A DNA stretch of 64,000 nucleotides. It comes from Lytechinus pictus (lineage: Eukaryota). Below the pieces are notes generated by a model. It did no database searches. It had not been told where the DNA came from and worked only from the letters and a program-made list of their open reading frames with translations. Shown here piece after piece: positions 12,885 to 24,705 of the stretch. Numbering within the stretch: the first letter of the stretch is position 1; each line of letters begins with the position of its first letter. Position numbers and translations under genes: made by a program. Location of the stretch: the NCBI RefSeq assembly GCF_037042905.1, contig NC_087251.1:18168001-18232000 (forward strand), in the 5' to 3' direction.

Positions 12885-13452
12885 CTAAACAGGGAAACGA
12901 AATAAAAAAAATGAATTTAAGCTTTACCCACATAAATGTATGTAATCTCATAATAATTGTTTTCTTTGTATCCGTTTCGTGCCTAAAGATGCATCCATAG
13001 CAACTAATCAATAAACAACAAATAGAGAAGAGCATTCACCTTTTGACCAAAACAACGAAAGTGAAGGTAATCAATGTTTCATTATGTTTCTTGTTCGATG
13101 CCATTGGAATTCTGAGAAAATGTTAAATTATTTTGGGACTCTACGAGACAGGACGAGAAGTCGAGAACCTTCCTGTTATGAAAAAAATGGATTTGAATAC
13201 TCGCACTGGCTTACGTGCAAAGTTTCCCTAAAAGTGAAATTAATTTGTCCGAATAATGTCAGAAAAACACAGGCATATTTTTGCGGTAGCGTTAAACTGT
13301 TATAATTAAAGGATTATTCCATTAGATTGGATATTTGCTGTTTTTTTTTTCTTTCTTTTTATTGTTCTCAGACCAGATATGAGATGCCGGGAAGGTTCCC
13401 GTCCTCTTCCGTAAATTCTTTTAAAATAAAGGAAAGTACGATATTACTTTAC

Positions 13453-13749
13453 TTCGATTTATGCCGCAGAGACATCCTACGACGTCACTCGGAGCGTTCC
13501 CCCAGTTTGGCATCACAACACCTTGTCTTGATACCCAATAAGCAGTGTGATCGCCATCATTATCGTAGATGTGAGTGTTAAAACATGTAGCTCTGATGTA
13601 TTGTCTGCAGCTCTCGGAGTGATTTAGAATGGTAACGATTGCATCCATGGATAAGGTATACACCACATCCTTCCTGTAAGAACCATGCTCTTCAAATCCA
13701 TTGGGAACGGTTTGCTCACCAACCACGTCATGGGTTATGATAACTTTCC
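13453..13749 (-). CDS. Same gene, exon 5: core of Caspr/neurexin-IV-type fibrinogen-like domain
   Basis: Acceptor tttgcaag, donor CGAA|gtaaag, 297 nt, phase 1-1. Motifs IxHD, GSYxxxxxY, SxxCxQxIxxxC, WVSRxG, WG...CxCG are typical of the Caspr fibrinogen-like region. Confidence 0.9.
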
Positions 13750-14059
13750 CTTGCAAACGTTTAATCGAGAGGAAAAAAAAGCATTTGAAATACTTGTAAA
13801 ACTATGTTAAATGTTCACGCCAAATTTGCAATCTTCCTTGTGTTCACAATTAAGTCTTTTTTTTTGGCCTGACTTTTTAAATCACTAAGAAGTTGTAATT
13901 GTATTTTTTTTGTAGATCGAGAACCTTCAACCAATACGACGTAAATAAATGATAACGCTGTCGAAAGTAATGAGACAGTCTGTCATTTCCGAGTTAATTT
14001 GGATGTAGCTCTTTCTAAATCAAAGTATCTGAAATATAGCGTGTACATTCATATTGCAA

Positions 14060-14460
14060 AAAACCTTGTTTAAGATAGTACACACTGCAACACACCTTAT
14101 CTAAGATAGTACACAGCACAACAAAACCTTATCTAAGATAGTACACAGTGTCACAAACCTTGTTTAAGATAGTACACAGTGTAACAAACCTTGTTTAAGA
14201 TAGTACACTGTGTAACAAACCTTGTTTAAGATAGTACACCGTGTAACAAACCTTGTTTAAGATAGTACACCGTGTAACAAACCTTGTTTAAGATAGTACA
14301 CAGTGTAACGAACATTGTTTAAGATAGTACACAGTGTAACATACCTTATTTAAGATAGTACACACCACAACAAACCTTATCTAAGATAGTACACAGCACA
14401 ACAAACTTTATCTAAGATAGTACACAGTGTAACAAACCTTTAGATAGTACACAGTGCAAC
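14060..14460. repeat. 31-bp minisatellite (AAACCTTGTTTAAGATAGTACACAGTGTAAC), about 13 copies
   Basis: Head-to-tail units with 31-nt period and no unique spacers. Degenerate units resume at ~15000-15060. Confidence 0.95.
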
Positions 14461-14465
14461 AATAC

Positions 14466-14986
14466 CCCGGGGGGGGGGGCACTCAGTATATAAAACATAG
14501 TGGGTATGTGCCGCGGAGGGGACCCCCATGTTTACACTCAAATTTCCGTTCCAGGGCATAGCATTTTCATCTTATTAAGAAAAAGAACTAAGAAAGCCGC
14601 TCCGAAGCATAGCATTTTATTCTTATCGAGAGAAAATAAGAAAGAAATCCGCTCCAAAGCTTCGCATATTTTTCGTTACGCCGTTCCGGTCGCATTGATC
14701 CGCCACAATTTGGTGAAAAGCGGCCGCTGAGCGCTGTCCGACCATCGCCTCTGCGCGAGCGCACCCCGCGCCCGGGCCTCTGCATACACGTATGCCCGTT
14801 CCATAGGGATGCACCGTGCGCAAGCGACCCGTTCCAAGGACCCCCGTTTTCACAAGCATTTGTAGTTCCGAAGCCCGTTCCGAGGACCCTCCTTTTTACA
14901 ATAAGTCCGCTCCAAGGCCCCCGGTTTTTGTCTCGCCCGCGGCACACACCTACCAATTTTTTGGTCGAGTGCCCCCCCCCCCCCGG
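14466..14986. mobile_element. MITE with CCGG(G)nCACTC TIRs and 8-bp TSD AACAATAC
   Basis: TSD at 14458-14465 and 14987-14994. Termini cccgggg..gcactc / gagtgc..ccccgg, with subterminal tgtgccgcgg inverted. Confidence 0.85.
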
Positions 14987-16145
14987 AACAATACTCTTTG
15001 ACAAAACAAATTCTTAGATGGTACACAGTACAGCAAACATTACCTAAGAAATTACAAAATACAACGATCTTTATAATGCAAGGCTGACACTTGCACGACT
15101 TTTGGTCACGGTTTTGCCATCTCAAGTCGTGTCAATTTGGGGCATGATAGGAGGCTCCCGCACTCTTCACGACTAGTTCACGCAGAGTACACGACGAGTT
15201 CATGAATAGTCCACGAATGCGTGCCCATCAATGTCCACATTGACACGAACTGGCACGACGAGTTCAGGCATAGTTTGCACATCGTTTGGCACGACGAGTT
15301 TGCGCAATTCAGACGATGTCGTGCCGACTTGGGCACGCCATATAAAAAGGGGGCCTCCCCAACCCCTGGTCATTTTTTGATTGACTGTGGAAGAGACAAC
15401 ATGCTGAATGTCAGAGTCACAATCATTGCAGGGAAGAGAAGATGCCTATACCTGGCCGCTGATCTAGACATTGTTGAAAAGCAGCAGAAAAGGCTAAAAG
15501 AGGAAGAAGAGCAAGAAAAAGCAACCCCACCTCGAAGAAATCCACGAAGGAAAGTGTATGGGTCAGGGAATGAATGAGCAGAAGGCACGATGTTGGACAG
15601 TATAATAGTCTACTGACCTGTTCCAAGAGATGGTTGAAAAGTTATCCCCTGCAAAGAAATAATATAAACAAAAAGAAACAAAAAAAGATACGAAAAAAAA
15701 GACAAGGAAAAAGAAACGGAAAAGAAAAGGGGGAAAAAGAAAAGGGGGAAAAAGAAAAGGAGAAATGAAAACGCATAATAAATGTAAAAAAATCCCCTTC
15801 CCCACTCACCCAAAAGAAAACAAAAAAAACGAAGAAAATGAAGTAAATGAAGTAAACGAAAAGAGAAATTGAAAAGAAAGATAAACGGAAAAGAAACAAA
15901 AGGAAAGATGGATTTTTTGGGGGGATGGTAGTGGGTGAGGGGACTTTCTTGCATGTCTTCATATTTCCTTTTTTAGTTTCTTTTTCTTCTTTTTTCTTTT
16001 GTTTGCTTTCGTTTCTTTTTCGCTTTATTTTTTTTTCTTTTTATTTCTTTTTTTTGGGGGATGGGGAGTTTTGTTATTTTTGTCCTTAATTTTTTTCGTT
16101 TATGGAATGGCGAGTAGTTTCCAGGAAGTCCTATTTATACCCCTG

Positions 16146-16316
16146 GGACCAGTTTCATAAAGCTGTTCGTAAGTTACGAACAACTTTACGCACGACTGGT
16201 GACCCTTTCTTGTGGTAAATGATATCCCTATGTAGCTGACTTATGTATAAGAACATGTTCCAGTCGTTCGTAAAGTTGTGCGTAACTTTACGAACAGCTT
16301 TATATGAAACACCACC
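16146..16316. mobile_element. Palindromic MITE nested in the Harbinger element
   Basis: tttcataaagctgttcgtaagttacg ... cgtaactttacgaacagctttatatgaaa inverted repeats, CTG on both flanks. Confidence 0.65.
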
Positions 16317-16663
16317 CTGGACCGACGCGAGAGCCACTGTCGCGTAGTAGTCTAAACTACTCATGAACTCTTCGTGAACTGCTCGTGCCATGCGCACACC
16401 ATTCGTAAAGTGCCTAAACTAGTCGTGAACTAATTGATCATCGATGCGTGAAGTACACGTGTCCGTGTCAGTGGGAAGGCACGGCCACGCTGCGACGCGC
16501 ACTAATTCTTTATCATGTCGTGAACTACTCGTGAACTCGACGTGAGCTGTTCGTGAACCATTCGTGGCAGTTCGTGATAGTCGTGGCATGGCACGCGCTG
16601 CCACGCATCCTCCCTCATCTTCTCGACGAGTTCACAGACAATTTGCGCATAGTTTACGACCTG

Positions 16664-16791
16664 GGTCCCGTAACACAAAGGTTAGCGATTGATCGTACGC
16701 TTGATTTTCACGATTGATTGTACATTGTAGTCAATGGAATCAATCGTAGAAAAATGTTCTACGATCATTGCTAAGTTCTGTGTTACGGGCC
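16664..16791. mobile_element. Palindromic MITE (GGTCCCGTAACAC...GTGTTACGGGCCC) with CTG TSD, nested in the Harbinger element
   Basis: Terminal inverted repeats. Related copies near 33670-33822 and 39238-39354. Confidence 0.7.
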
Positions 16792-17083
16792 CCTGGTCGC
16801 TAAATTTTGTCGTGACCAAAATTGTGAACAAATTCTCGATGCGACATGGCACGCCGTCACGACGGGTTTACGCACACTTCACGCCAGTTTACGAGTAGTT
16901 TGCGCACCGGCATGACTCGCGTCGTGCCTATAGGGCCTACTTGCCACAGAATCGTGCAAGTGTCAGCCTAGCTTAATACTCGGTTCAACACGTTCACGCT
17001 TTTCATTTTGCACATTCTCCAAATGGGGCTAATGATAACGTTTGTTGTGACTCAATACATTAAACAATGTGGAAAATGTTTAC

Positions 17084-17194
17084 CGTTTTGACATTGTACT
17101 GGTTCGGAAAGATTTGAGTTCAGGTCTTTTAGATCAAGAAGATAGGTCCGGTTAAGTTCTGGGCATAGGCCTATTCGTTGAGCACGGGGTATAT
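17084..17194 (-). CDS. Same gene, exon 4 (DIPRAQRIGLCPELNRTYLLDLKDLNSNLSEPVQCQN), start of fibrinogen-like module
   Basis: Acceptor ttctaacacag, donor AACG|gtaaac, 111 nt, phase 1-1. The C...YxxD...PVxC pattern matches the start of FBG-like domains. Confidence 0.8.
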
Positions 17195-17668
17195 CTGTGT
17201 TAGAATAATGTATAAAGGAATTAATGTATTTTGTCATCCAACAATATTTACAAAAAGAATTGTTATAAGATTGAATAGGTATGCTGTAACTAGTTTGGTT
17301 CCATTACGTGTGTGATGTATCAAGAAGAAGCTTTCCATTTTCTGTATTCCCATTCTTAAGTGACCTTGAGAAATACCACCCTGGTAGTATGAAAAATACA
17401 TTTGAAATAATACATCTTACTTCGCATCACAGAAAACATTCCTGGTCAAATGACCCACTTACGTGAAATTTTATTTGCCCCCTAATTGACCATCTTTACA
17501 ATTAATGAGAGTCAAAGTGAGTAATATCGTACTTGTATCAGAACATGTTTTTGCCGCATGAGAGATGGCTCATTCACTATTATATAACACTTATGACACA
17601 ATAACAGGAACCACTTGTCAGTGCATGGAACTCTTTAAGACGTGACCCATGCGTGTATATATATATAT

Positions 17669-18270
17669 GATCCTTGGCCGAGTCATGCCAAAGACTTTTA
17701 AAAATGGGACCTTCTGCCTTCTTGCTGGGCGCTCAGCATTTAGATTGGAGAAGGATAATAATTAAAAAAATAATAATAATGACAAAAATTTACATTTATA
17801 TAGCGCTTATTACACTTTGTTTCTAAGCGCTTTACATTGCAATTATTATTACCCCGGTCATCGGATCCTTGCATGCCCGCAAACAATGTATGCAATTTCT
17901 CCACTCCCTGGTGAGCATTCAAACAAGAGTTCCAAGACTCAATTGATAGGTATACTACATAGGCTTTCGCATCCTACCGGGTACCCATTTTACACCTGGG
18001 TGGAGAGTGGCAAAGTGTGGATTAACGCCTTGCCAAAGGACGCTAGGCCGTGGTGGGATTCGAACACATGACCCTATGATCGCAAGACAAGAACCGCTAC
18101 ACCACGCCGCTTCAACAGTAATAAAATATTATGTTATGCAGGGCCCGCTTGTAGAGCAGTTTCCTAACTGAAGTGGCTACCCTGGATAAATAAAACGTTA
18201 TTATTATTATTATTATTACTTTTATCATTATTATTATTGTTATTATTGTTATTATTACCATTATTATCAT
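17669..18270. mobile_element. Nested SINEs: plus-strand SINE with (TTA)n tail interrupted by a minus-strand tRNA-SINE (~17790-18113)
   Basis: Minus-strand B box gtgttcgaatccc and core acccaggtgtaaaatgggtacccggtag. Outer element ends aataaaacg(tta)n. Confidence 0.6.
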
Positions 18271-18323
18271 TATCTTCATGTATACAGTTAAAAAGTAAAA
18301 TCATTTTAAATAAGCAGGCCTAC

Positions 18324-18425
18324 CTTCAAAGTGATCATTGCTACCATCACCCGGACAGATGCACGTATAACTGTCATCAGTCTCCATACAGGTACATCCA
18401 TTCTGACAGGGAGAACTCAGACAAT
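18324..18425 (-). CDS. Same gene, exon 3: EGF-like domain (DCLSSPCQNGCTCMETDDSYTCICPGDGSNDHFE)
   Basis: Acceptor tttgtacag, donor GAAG|gtaggc, 102 nt, phase 1-1. Classic CxSxPCQNG...YxCxC EGF pattern. Not shown in the ORF track. Confidence 0.88.
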
Positions 18426-20964
18426 CTGTACAAATTTAGAATTAACATGATTAAGGGGGTTAGTAATCAGAATTTGAAGCAGCAGGATTGAAAAGGATTA
18501 GCAAAATTATGTTTAAAAAAAAGTTCGTGAAATCGTGGAAAACTAGGAATGTGCCCATTTTGTCAACGATTCTTGAAAATGGCTTGCCGGGTATAAAGGC
18601 CTACTTAATATCAGCATGGACCTACTACTATTGTTGTAGGTCCATGATATCAGTGGAAGATTTTCAAATATGCCTTTCTGGAAATCCCAGGGGGACGCGC
18701 CCCCTACCCAAAATAGTAGAGGGACAGTTGATATTGATATCAAACGTCCCTACTATTTTTGGTCTTTTATGATGGAAAGAAATACATCATTCAAAATCCA
18801 AATAAAACATGTATTTTGGACGAGATGACCTTACTTTTTGGGTGATAACCTTTTTTTTTCCTTGCTTGTCGAATTTATTTTGGTATAAATGACCTTACAT
18901 TTGGGGTGATAACCTACCTTTGAGGAGAGATTTCCGCCCTTGGGGAGTTACATTCTAATAAATTCTTAATGCATAATTACCAGCTAAAAACAGTTTGGTG
19001 TAACTTTGAGAATAGTTGATTAAACTATTATAAATGGTCATTTGTTTGTTTAAATCTATCAAAGTATACTTAACATCTATTCACTGTTCGGCAGTTGCCC
19101 GTAAAGTTCATATCTCCAAAAATAAAACAGCTCGGTAAAATCTCGGTCATGTGCATTAATGTACTTGACTACTAACATTGAGTAAGTAATTGAGGAGAAA
19201 TGAGAATTTTAACATTTTATTGATTTACTGAAAGCAAGCATTGATTTGTCATATTCAGTTATCTGCCTGAACAATGAGCATTTAGATGATTATGAACTAC
19301 CCCAAATATATCAATAATCGTGATAATGGGCATTTATATGAATAGTAAATGGAACACACGGGATTCTGATTATGTGACAAACAAAGTTATCTGACTGGCT
19401 CCAAATACGTTACAATGGGAACGAATTTTTTGTTGAAATATATACAAAAAGTATTATTATTTTTTAATACTTTAATACTTAGTGGCAAATCTATAAGGGG
19501 GAGGGGCACGGAATTAAGAGCAATCAATGTATGTAAAATACCAGAGCATGTACCGGATCCTGCCCTTAGCACATTCGAAAACTTAGGAATGAATACTCTT
19601 TATACTGCATAAATGTATTCTTTTCCTAACAATTTCTCATGATCAGTTTAATTTATGGACAAATCAGTGGTGGGTCCAGAATCTTAAAATGGGGGAGGGG
19701 CCTATAATCGGGGGAGCCACCAACATTTTCAAATTTAAACATGATCTAACAAGTTGTAGAGGATACTACCATAAACCCCTATGATGATACGTCACAATAC
19801 AGGGGCCGGGGATGGGTTTTCAAAGTGGGGGGGGGGGCTGACCATGCAAAAAATCACAATCCTATGGTCATTTATACATTTTTGTACATGCTTTTGGAAA
19901 AAGTGGGGGGGGCTGAAGCTCCCCGCCCAACCCCCCCCCCCCCGCTTTCGCGGCCCCTGCAATACATTGTGCTCACTCAACCATGAACATAATGATATCA
20001 AAATTGTGTGTGGAGTGGCTAAATGATGGATAGTAAAACAGCATAACACCATAAAATTCACCTAAAGACAACATTTGCCCAACTTTGTATTTGCACAATC
20101 TGAAAAACGACTCTTGTGACTTTCAAAAATGGTCATTTTTAATTCAATCTTTAATTACTCATGCATGACTCAAGCGATCAATCTTATTTTTCCCCAGGAG
20201 TTGCTTAATGAGTGTAGAAAACCACCTACGGAATATCATATCTCAAAATAATTCCGTTCAAAAGTTACAGCAATTTAATTTAGGGGGGACTTACTTTTTT
20301 TGTTGTGTATATATCAGTTGATATTCAATTAAGGTTGTTCTTATACAATTGAAGTCTACCTAACCATATAAACTTAATTTGAATCAATATAGAAAACCAA
20401 GCAAGCGCTATTCTGGAAATTATTTAAAATCCGGTTCTAAAGTAAGGAAATCAAAGAATTTTAAAGTTTTATTATCATTTATTAAACAATTACTTTATAT
20501 GGACGTCACAGGTGACACGCAAAACATGCAAGGGTCTTGGGTTGTCGAATTATTACTATCTCTATTTATTGTGTACTTTCTTTGTATGAAAATTATATGA
20601 AATATTTCATGTTCTTCCTCTTATTAATGTAAAACATTAGTTTATTTTACCTTGAACATGTGGAATTGTCATTATCCTAACATGTTATTAATCAATCAAG
20701 ATTTTCCTCCTGATCAAATCTACACAAATTCACATGTTAAAGAAAAAACATGAGAAATAATTAGTATGATGTATGATTATTGCATATCATCTGTGTCGTG
20801 CATACACTACTAGTATTCGGAGAAAATACGGGACACTTCAAAATCCATTATTTTCTCGTTTTACATCCAATTTGGATGAAATATTCAGTAAGGCGTATTT
20901 ATTTTGATATTCAAACCAAATTCTTCTTTGGGTGAACTTGCATAGAATGATAATAAAAAAATAA

Positions 20965-21205
20965 TGTAGGATTTGGCACACGAATCCACATTGCTAAGTG
21001 CTCAAGGCGCTCCTATACTACCCCGGCTAAGTTAGTCTACCGATTCCGGTGCTCACAGCTTTTTGAGGAATTACTACCTGCCGGTACCCATGCCATTTAC
21101 CTCACCTGGGTTGAGTGCAGCACAATGTGGGTAAATTTCTTGCTGGGAATCGAACCCACGTCCCTCAGATTGAAAGACGAGAGTGTTAACCACTAGACCA
21201 CGGCG
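20965..21205 (-). mobile_element. tRNA-derived SINE
   Basis: Minus-strand head gccgtggtctagtggttaacac...gggttcgattccc, with core related to the 17790-18113 SINE. Confidence 0.65.
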
Positions 21206-21661
21206 CGTCGCGGCGCCCCATATATATTATAACTTAGATATAAAATAATACACTTTTGTATGGTCATACCAAAATAGGTAACTAGCTGATTGGAGAGATG
21301 TGAGATTGGCAAAGATGGAGAGATTGGCAAAGATGTGACGTTATAATCACTTTTGTCCAATTTCGCCCATTAAGGAAAATGGTTTATTACGTTCATCTGC
21401 GTCCACTCGTGTACAAGCTTTTCGGATTACTTGCATGTGTTGTCATAGCTAGAAAGACTAATTTCGTTTATATATTTTTCAAAATATGTCTCTTTCTCCT
21501 TATACCCTCCTTTCCTCTCCTTCTCATTCTGACTAATTGCATGTGTATAATAATAAAAAAAAATCTATTTCCCAAATATGGTGATTACCCCCTTGGCCAC
21601 CTCAACAAACCATCCCCAATAATACCAGCCTTTCTTCTCTGAACGTAACCCACAAGCCTAC

Positions 21662-21844
21662 CTGGTAGTGTACAGATCTTTGGTGATGTAGGGCATTTAT
21701 AATGGTCGACATTGCCATGGTTTCGGATCATCATTTGGCGGGATGCCCATTTGACGACAAGTTGAATCGTCTGTCCCGATGCAGTGTTTAAACTTTTACA
21801 TTGTATCACGTGATCATTGCATGAATTCATACCGACCGCTCCAT
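21662..21844 (-). CDS. Same gene, exon 2 (DGAVGMNSCNDHVIQC...YKCPTSPKICTLP)
   Basis: Acceptor tttattttcaacag, donor CCAG|gtaggc, 183 nt, phase 1-1. The other two frames stop early. Paralogous copy at 7817-7999. Confidence 0.8.
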
Positions 21845-22044
21845 CTGTTGAAAATAAAGAAGCATTAATAAAACGTAACAATAAGAAAAAAAAAAGTACA
21901 TGGAGATTAAATTAATATTTTCGTCTGTCAATTTTGATGTCTAAAAGTGATATAAACGCAATTTTTCGGTCTGCTCAAAAGTTTCCCCACTGGCAATAAT
22001 TCAACTCACGAGCATTTATCAAATTTTCTTCATCTTTCTTAATT

Positions 22045-22078
<34 letters not shown>

Positions 22079-22089
22079 TTTTTACATAC

Positions 22090-22135
22090 CCGAGAATAAG
22101 ATAAACATCAGTGGAATAACAATCACCCACTCCAT
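22090..22135 (-). CDS. Secreted EGF + Caspr-type fibrinogen-like protein, coding exon 1 (signal peptide MEWVIVIPLMFILFS)
   Basis: ATG at 22135, hydrophobic run, donor G|gtatgt after 22090. 46 nt, phase 1, joins exon 2 to give ...LFSDGAVG, a plausible cleavage site. Confidence 0.8.
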
Positions 22136-23563
22136 CACTGTATGTATCTCCCCTCTCTTTGAAAAGATTTACACCAAATGAAATGAAACCATACTACTCT
22201 TTATCGTTGCAAACGGGGTCAATAAATACAGTATGATTTCTTCATCTACTCAGCTTCCACATTCATTCCAGCCTCAGGTATTGATTACATGCACTCGGAA
22301 TAATCAATTATAGACAAAAAAAGAAATACACTTTGAGTCCTCTTTAAATCCTATTTTCAGATTTGGTTAACTTCCACAAAATAATGAATCCACTACATTA
22401 CTAGATTATATGCCCCGATAACAGTGTGGAACATAATATGCGTTTTATTGAATAGATTTTGAGATCATAAATGAACATTTATTTTGGATATGAAACTGTA
22501 CTTCTCAAGCATGGAATGATCTTTCTCTACAGCTTTCTGATATTCAGTTACAAAATTTTGAAGATATAGGCCTATATCGTGTTTAAAGGGGCCTGTTATT
22601 TAAAGAAATATTTGTTACTTTGTTACATATTACTACATAATACATAAATAATATTTGTTACATACTTATCTGTGATCCTAATAATAAGTTATTTTACCTT
22701 GTTATAATTGTTTGAAATGTAAACTTTTTCAATTCAGCTTTTGCCGCAAAGAAATTTTTTCAATAAACCATTTTGAATTGAATTGAATTGAAGATCACTA
22801 GAGGGAGCGCTAGATACTTCATAATGGCAGCTATTACTCAAGCATTTGTTTTGCTTATAAAGTTTGCTGCTGCATCTTTTCATTACGTTATCTTATGCTT
22901 ATATTGTATTTTTGTCTAAATTTATGTTACTGCTGTTCTGTTATAAATCTGTCACTTTACAATGTAATTTGTCATAATTATGTCTATGCTAAATTTATTT
23001 TGACAATAAATGTAGAAACTCCTGCACAAACACCTTATTTGAATTAAAAGAATAACGGTTAAAATCAAATGCCTATGAATGTTAGATGATACTCGAGTAT
23101 ACTTCACTTGATTGACCTTTTATGCCAAAGCTTTACACTAGACTCAATAGGCCTAAAGTTGGGCTACGCAAGTCTTAGTTTAAAGTTAAGCTCAGAATTA
23201 AGATATATGAAATAGTTTTCAGGGAAGAGTTTAACTTTGATCCATATCATATGTTTATTCTTTCGTTGGTTTTCCTTCTTTATTTTTAATTCACAATACA
23301 CTGCATGCATTTAGCACAGTGACCATCGAGATGATCTTTACAGGATACTTTTAAAGGTTAAAAACAAGGCGGAATACAGAACTAATTTTTTTAGTGCTAA
23401 AATCTGATTTATGAACTTATAATAATTTTCGACTCGGGCAAAGTCTTAATCTACAAGACCGTTGTTTCTCTATTAATTTGCCACAGGGCTTACACTGTAG
23501 GCCTATATGTCATTGTGTTTTATTACAAACGTAATTCCATTATAGAATAATAATGGTGATAGA

Positions 23564-23597
<34 letters not shown>

Positions 23598-23604
23598 CTT
23601 TATA

Positions 23605-23637
<33 letters not shown>

Positions 23638-23652
23638 ATATATATATATATA

Positions 23653-24034
23653 CAGTGCGTCCCAGAAAAAACGAAACCGACATTTAGCGATGATTTATCA
23701 TAACTTAATCGCAAAAACAATAGACAAATTACCTACCATTGTAAAGCTTAGAATCTCCTCTTTCATCTGAAATTACTTAGATTATTTCTCATTCATGCAT
23801 GAGTGAGTAAAAACAATATGAAGCGGGGATGCCAAAAAGTCACTTGGCGGGCTGTATCTGGGTTTCCAAAAGAAAACCACATTTTCAAAAAGTTCAATAT
23901 CTGCTCTTTAATTTGATACCTCAATTACAGAAAATGGTCAAGAAATAACAAAGTTCTGGTTATTTGAAATAAGGCTTGAATTTCAATAATTTCATAAAAT
24001 TAAGAGGTTTTACAGGCTAGCGTTCAAACTCACT
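23653..24034 (+). mobile_element. Tc1/mariner-like non-autonomous element fragment between (TA)n tracts
   Basis: TA|CAGTGCGTCCCAGAAAAAACG terminus, homologous to 1983-2355. Confidence 0.65.
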
Positions 24035-24593
24035 ATATATATATATATATACATATATATACATATACACACAAAATATATACGCCCTATCAAAAAAATA
24101 CACTGTTAGACCTTTATATTGTTTAAAAGACGAAAGATAAAGCTAGGTCTCAATCTGAAGAAAATAATGAAATACAAGAGAAAATAAGCATTTGTGCATG
24201 GAAAAATCAAATATATTTTTTATACAGTTTACGAATGCAAACCTGGAAATCTATCATTGTCCGACTTCAAAAATAAATTTATTGATGCATGTTTTTGCGG
24301 GATCAAATCAGTTTCAGTACCAGATGATCTAAAAAAAAACCACATGATCACTTTAATCAATCAAAGCTTTCAACCGCCATTATCGTACATGGGATATCAT
24401 CAGTCATTGGGGACTACCATGTAGATAGACCTGCTCCGCCCCCCCCTCCCCATGGGGGCCCCATTTTTCTTCTAAATTTATGACAAGGAAAACAAACTCT
24501 TGATGTCATACATGGTGGGGACTAAAATAATTATGTTTAGACCTAAACATTTCATATACGTCTTTTTCCAACATTTTCACATTTGCCCCCAGC

Positions 24594-24705
24594 CAGTGGC
24601 GGACGTGACCCTGATTAGACAATGATAGGAGGGGCACTGTATTGTTTGTGAACAATGTTGTGCCCCTCCAATGCTTTGTCTCCTTCGGGTCACGGTCCGC
24701 CACTG
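24594..24705. mobile_element. 112-bp hAT-type MITE with 8-bp TSD CCCCCAGC
   Basis: TIR CAGTGGCGGAC-GTGACCC / GGGTCACGGTCCGCCACTG, TSD at 24586-24593 and 24706-24713. Confidence 0.8.

Larger units (their letters stand above)
15077..16973 (+). mobile_element. PIF/Harbinger deletion derivative with transposase N-terminal remnant
   Basis: TIR core AGGCTGACACTTGCACGA at both ends, TAA TSD (15074-76 and 16974-76). Remnant RRKV-WVRE*MSRRHDVGQYNSLLT at ~15540-15620 matches the Harbinger transposase RxWxRxW...GxY..L motif. Confidence 0.85.

Noticed and set aside
14060..14460. Regular ~31-bp repeats resembling a CRISPR array
   Set aside because: Units are head-to-tail with no unique spacers, no cas genes are present and the context is a eukaryotic intron. 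It is a minisatellite.
15563..15962. Several Phe-rich or Lys-rich ORFs
   Set aside because: Artefacts of an A/G-rich low-complexity tract inside the Harbinger derivative.
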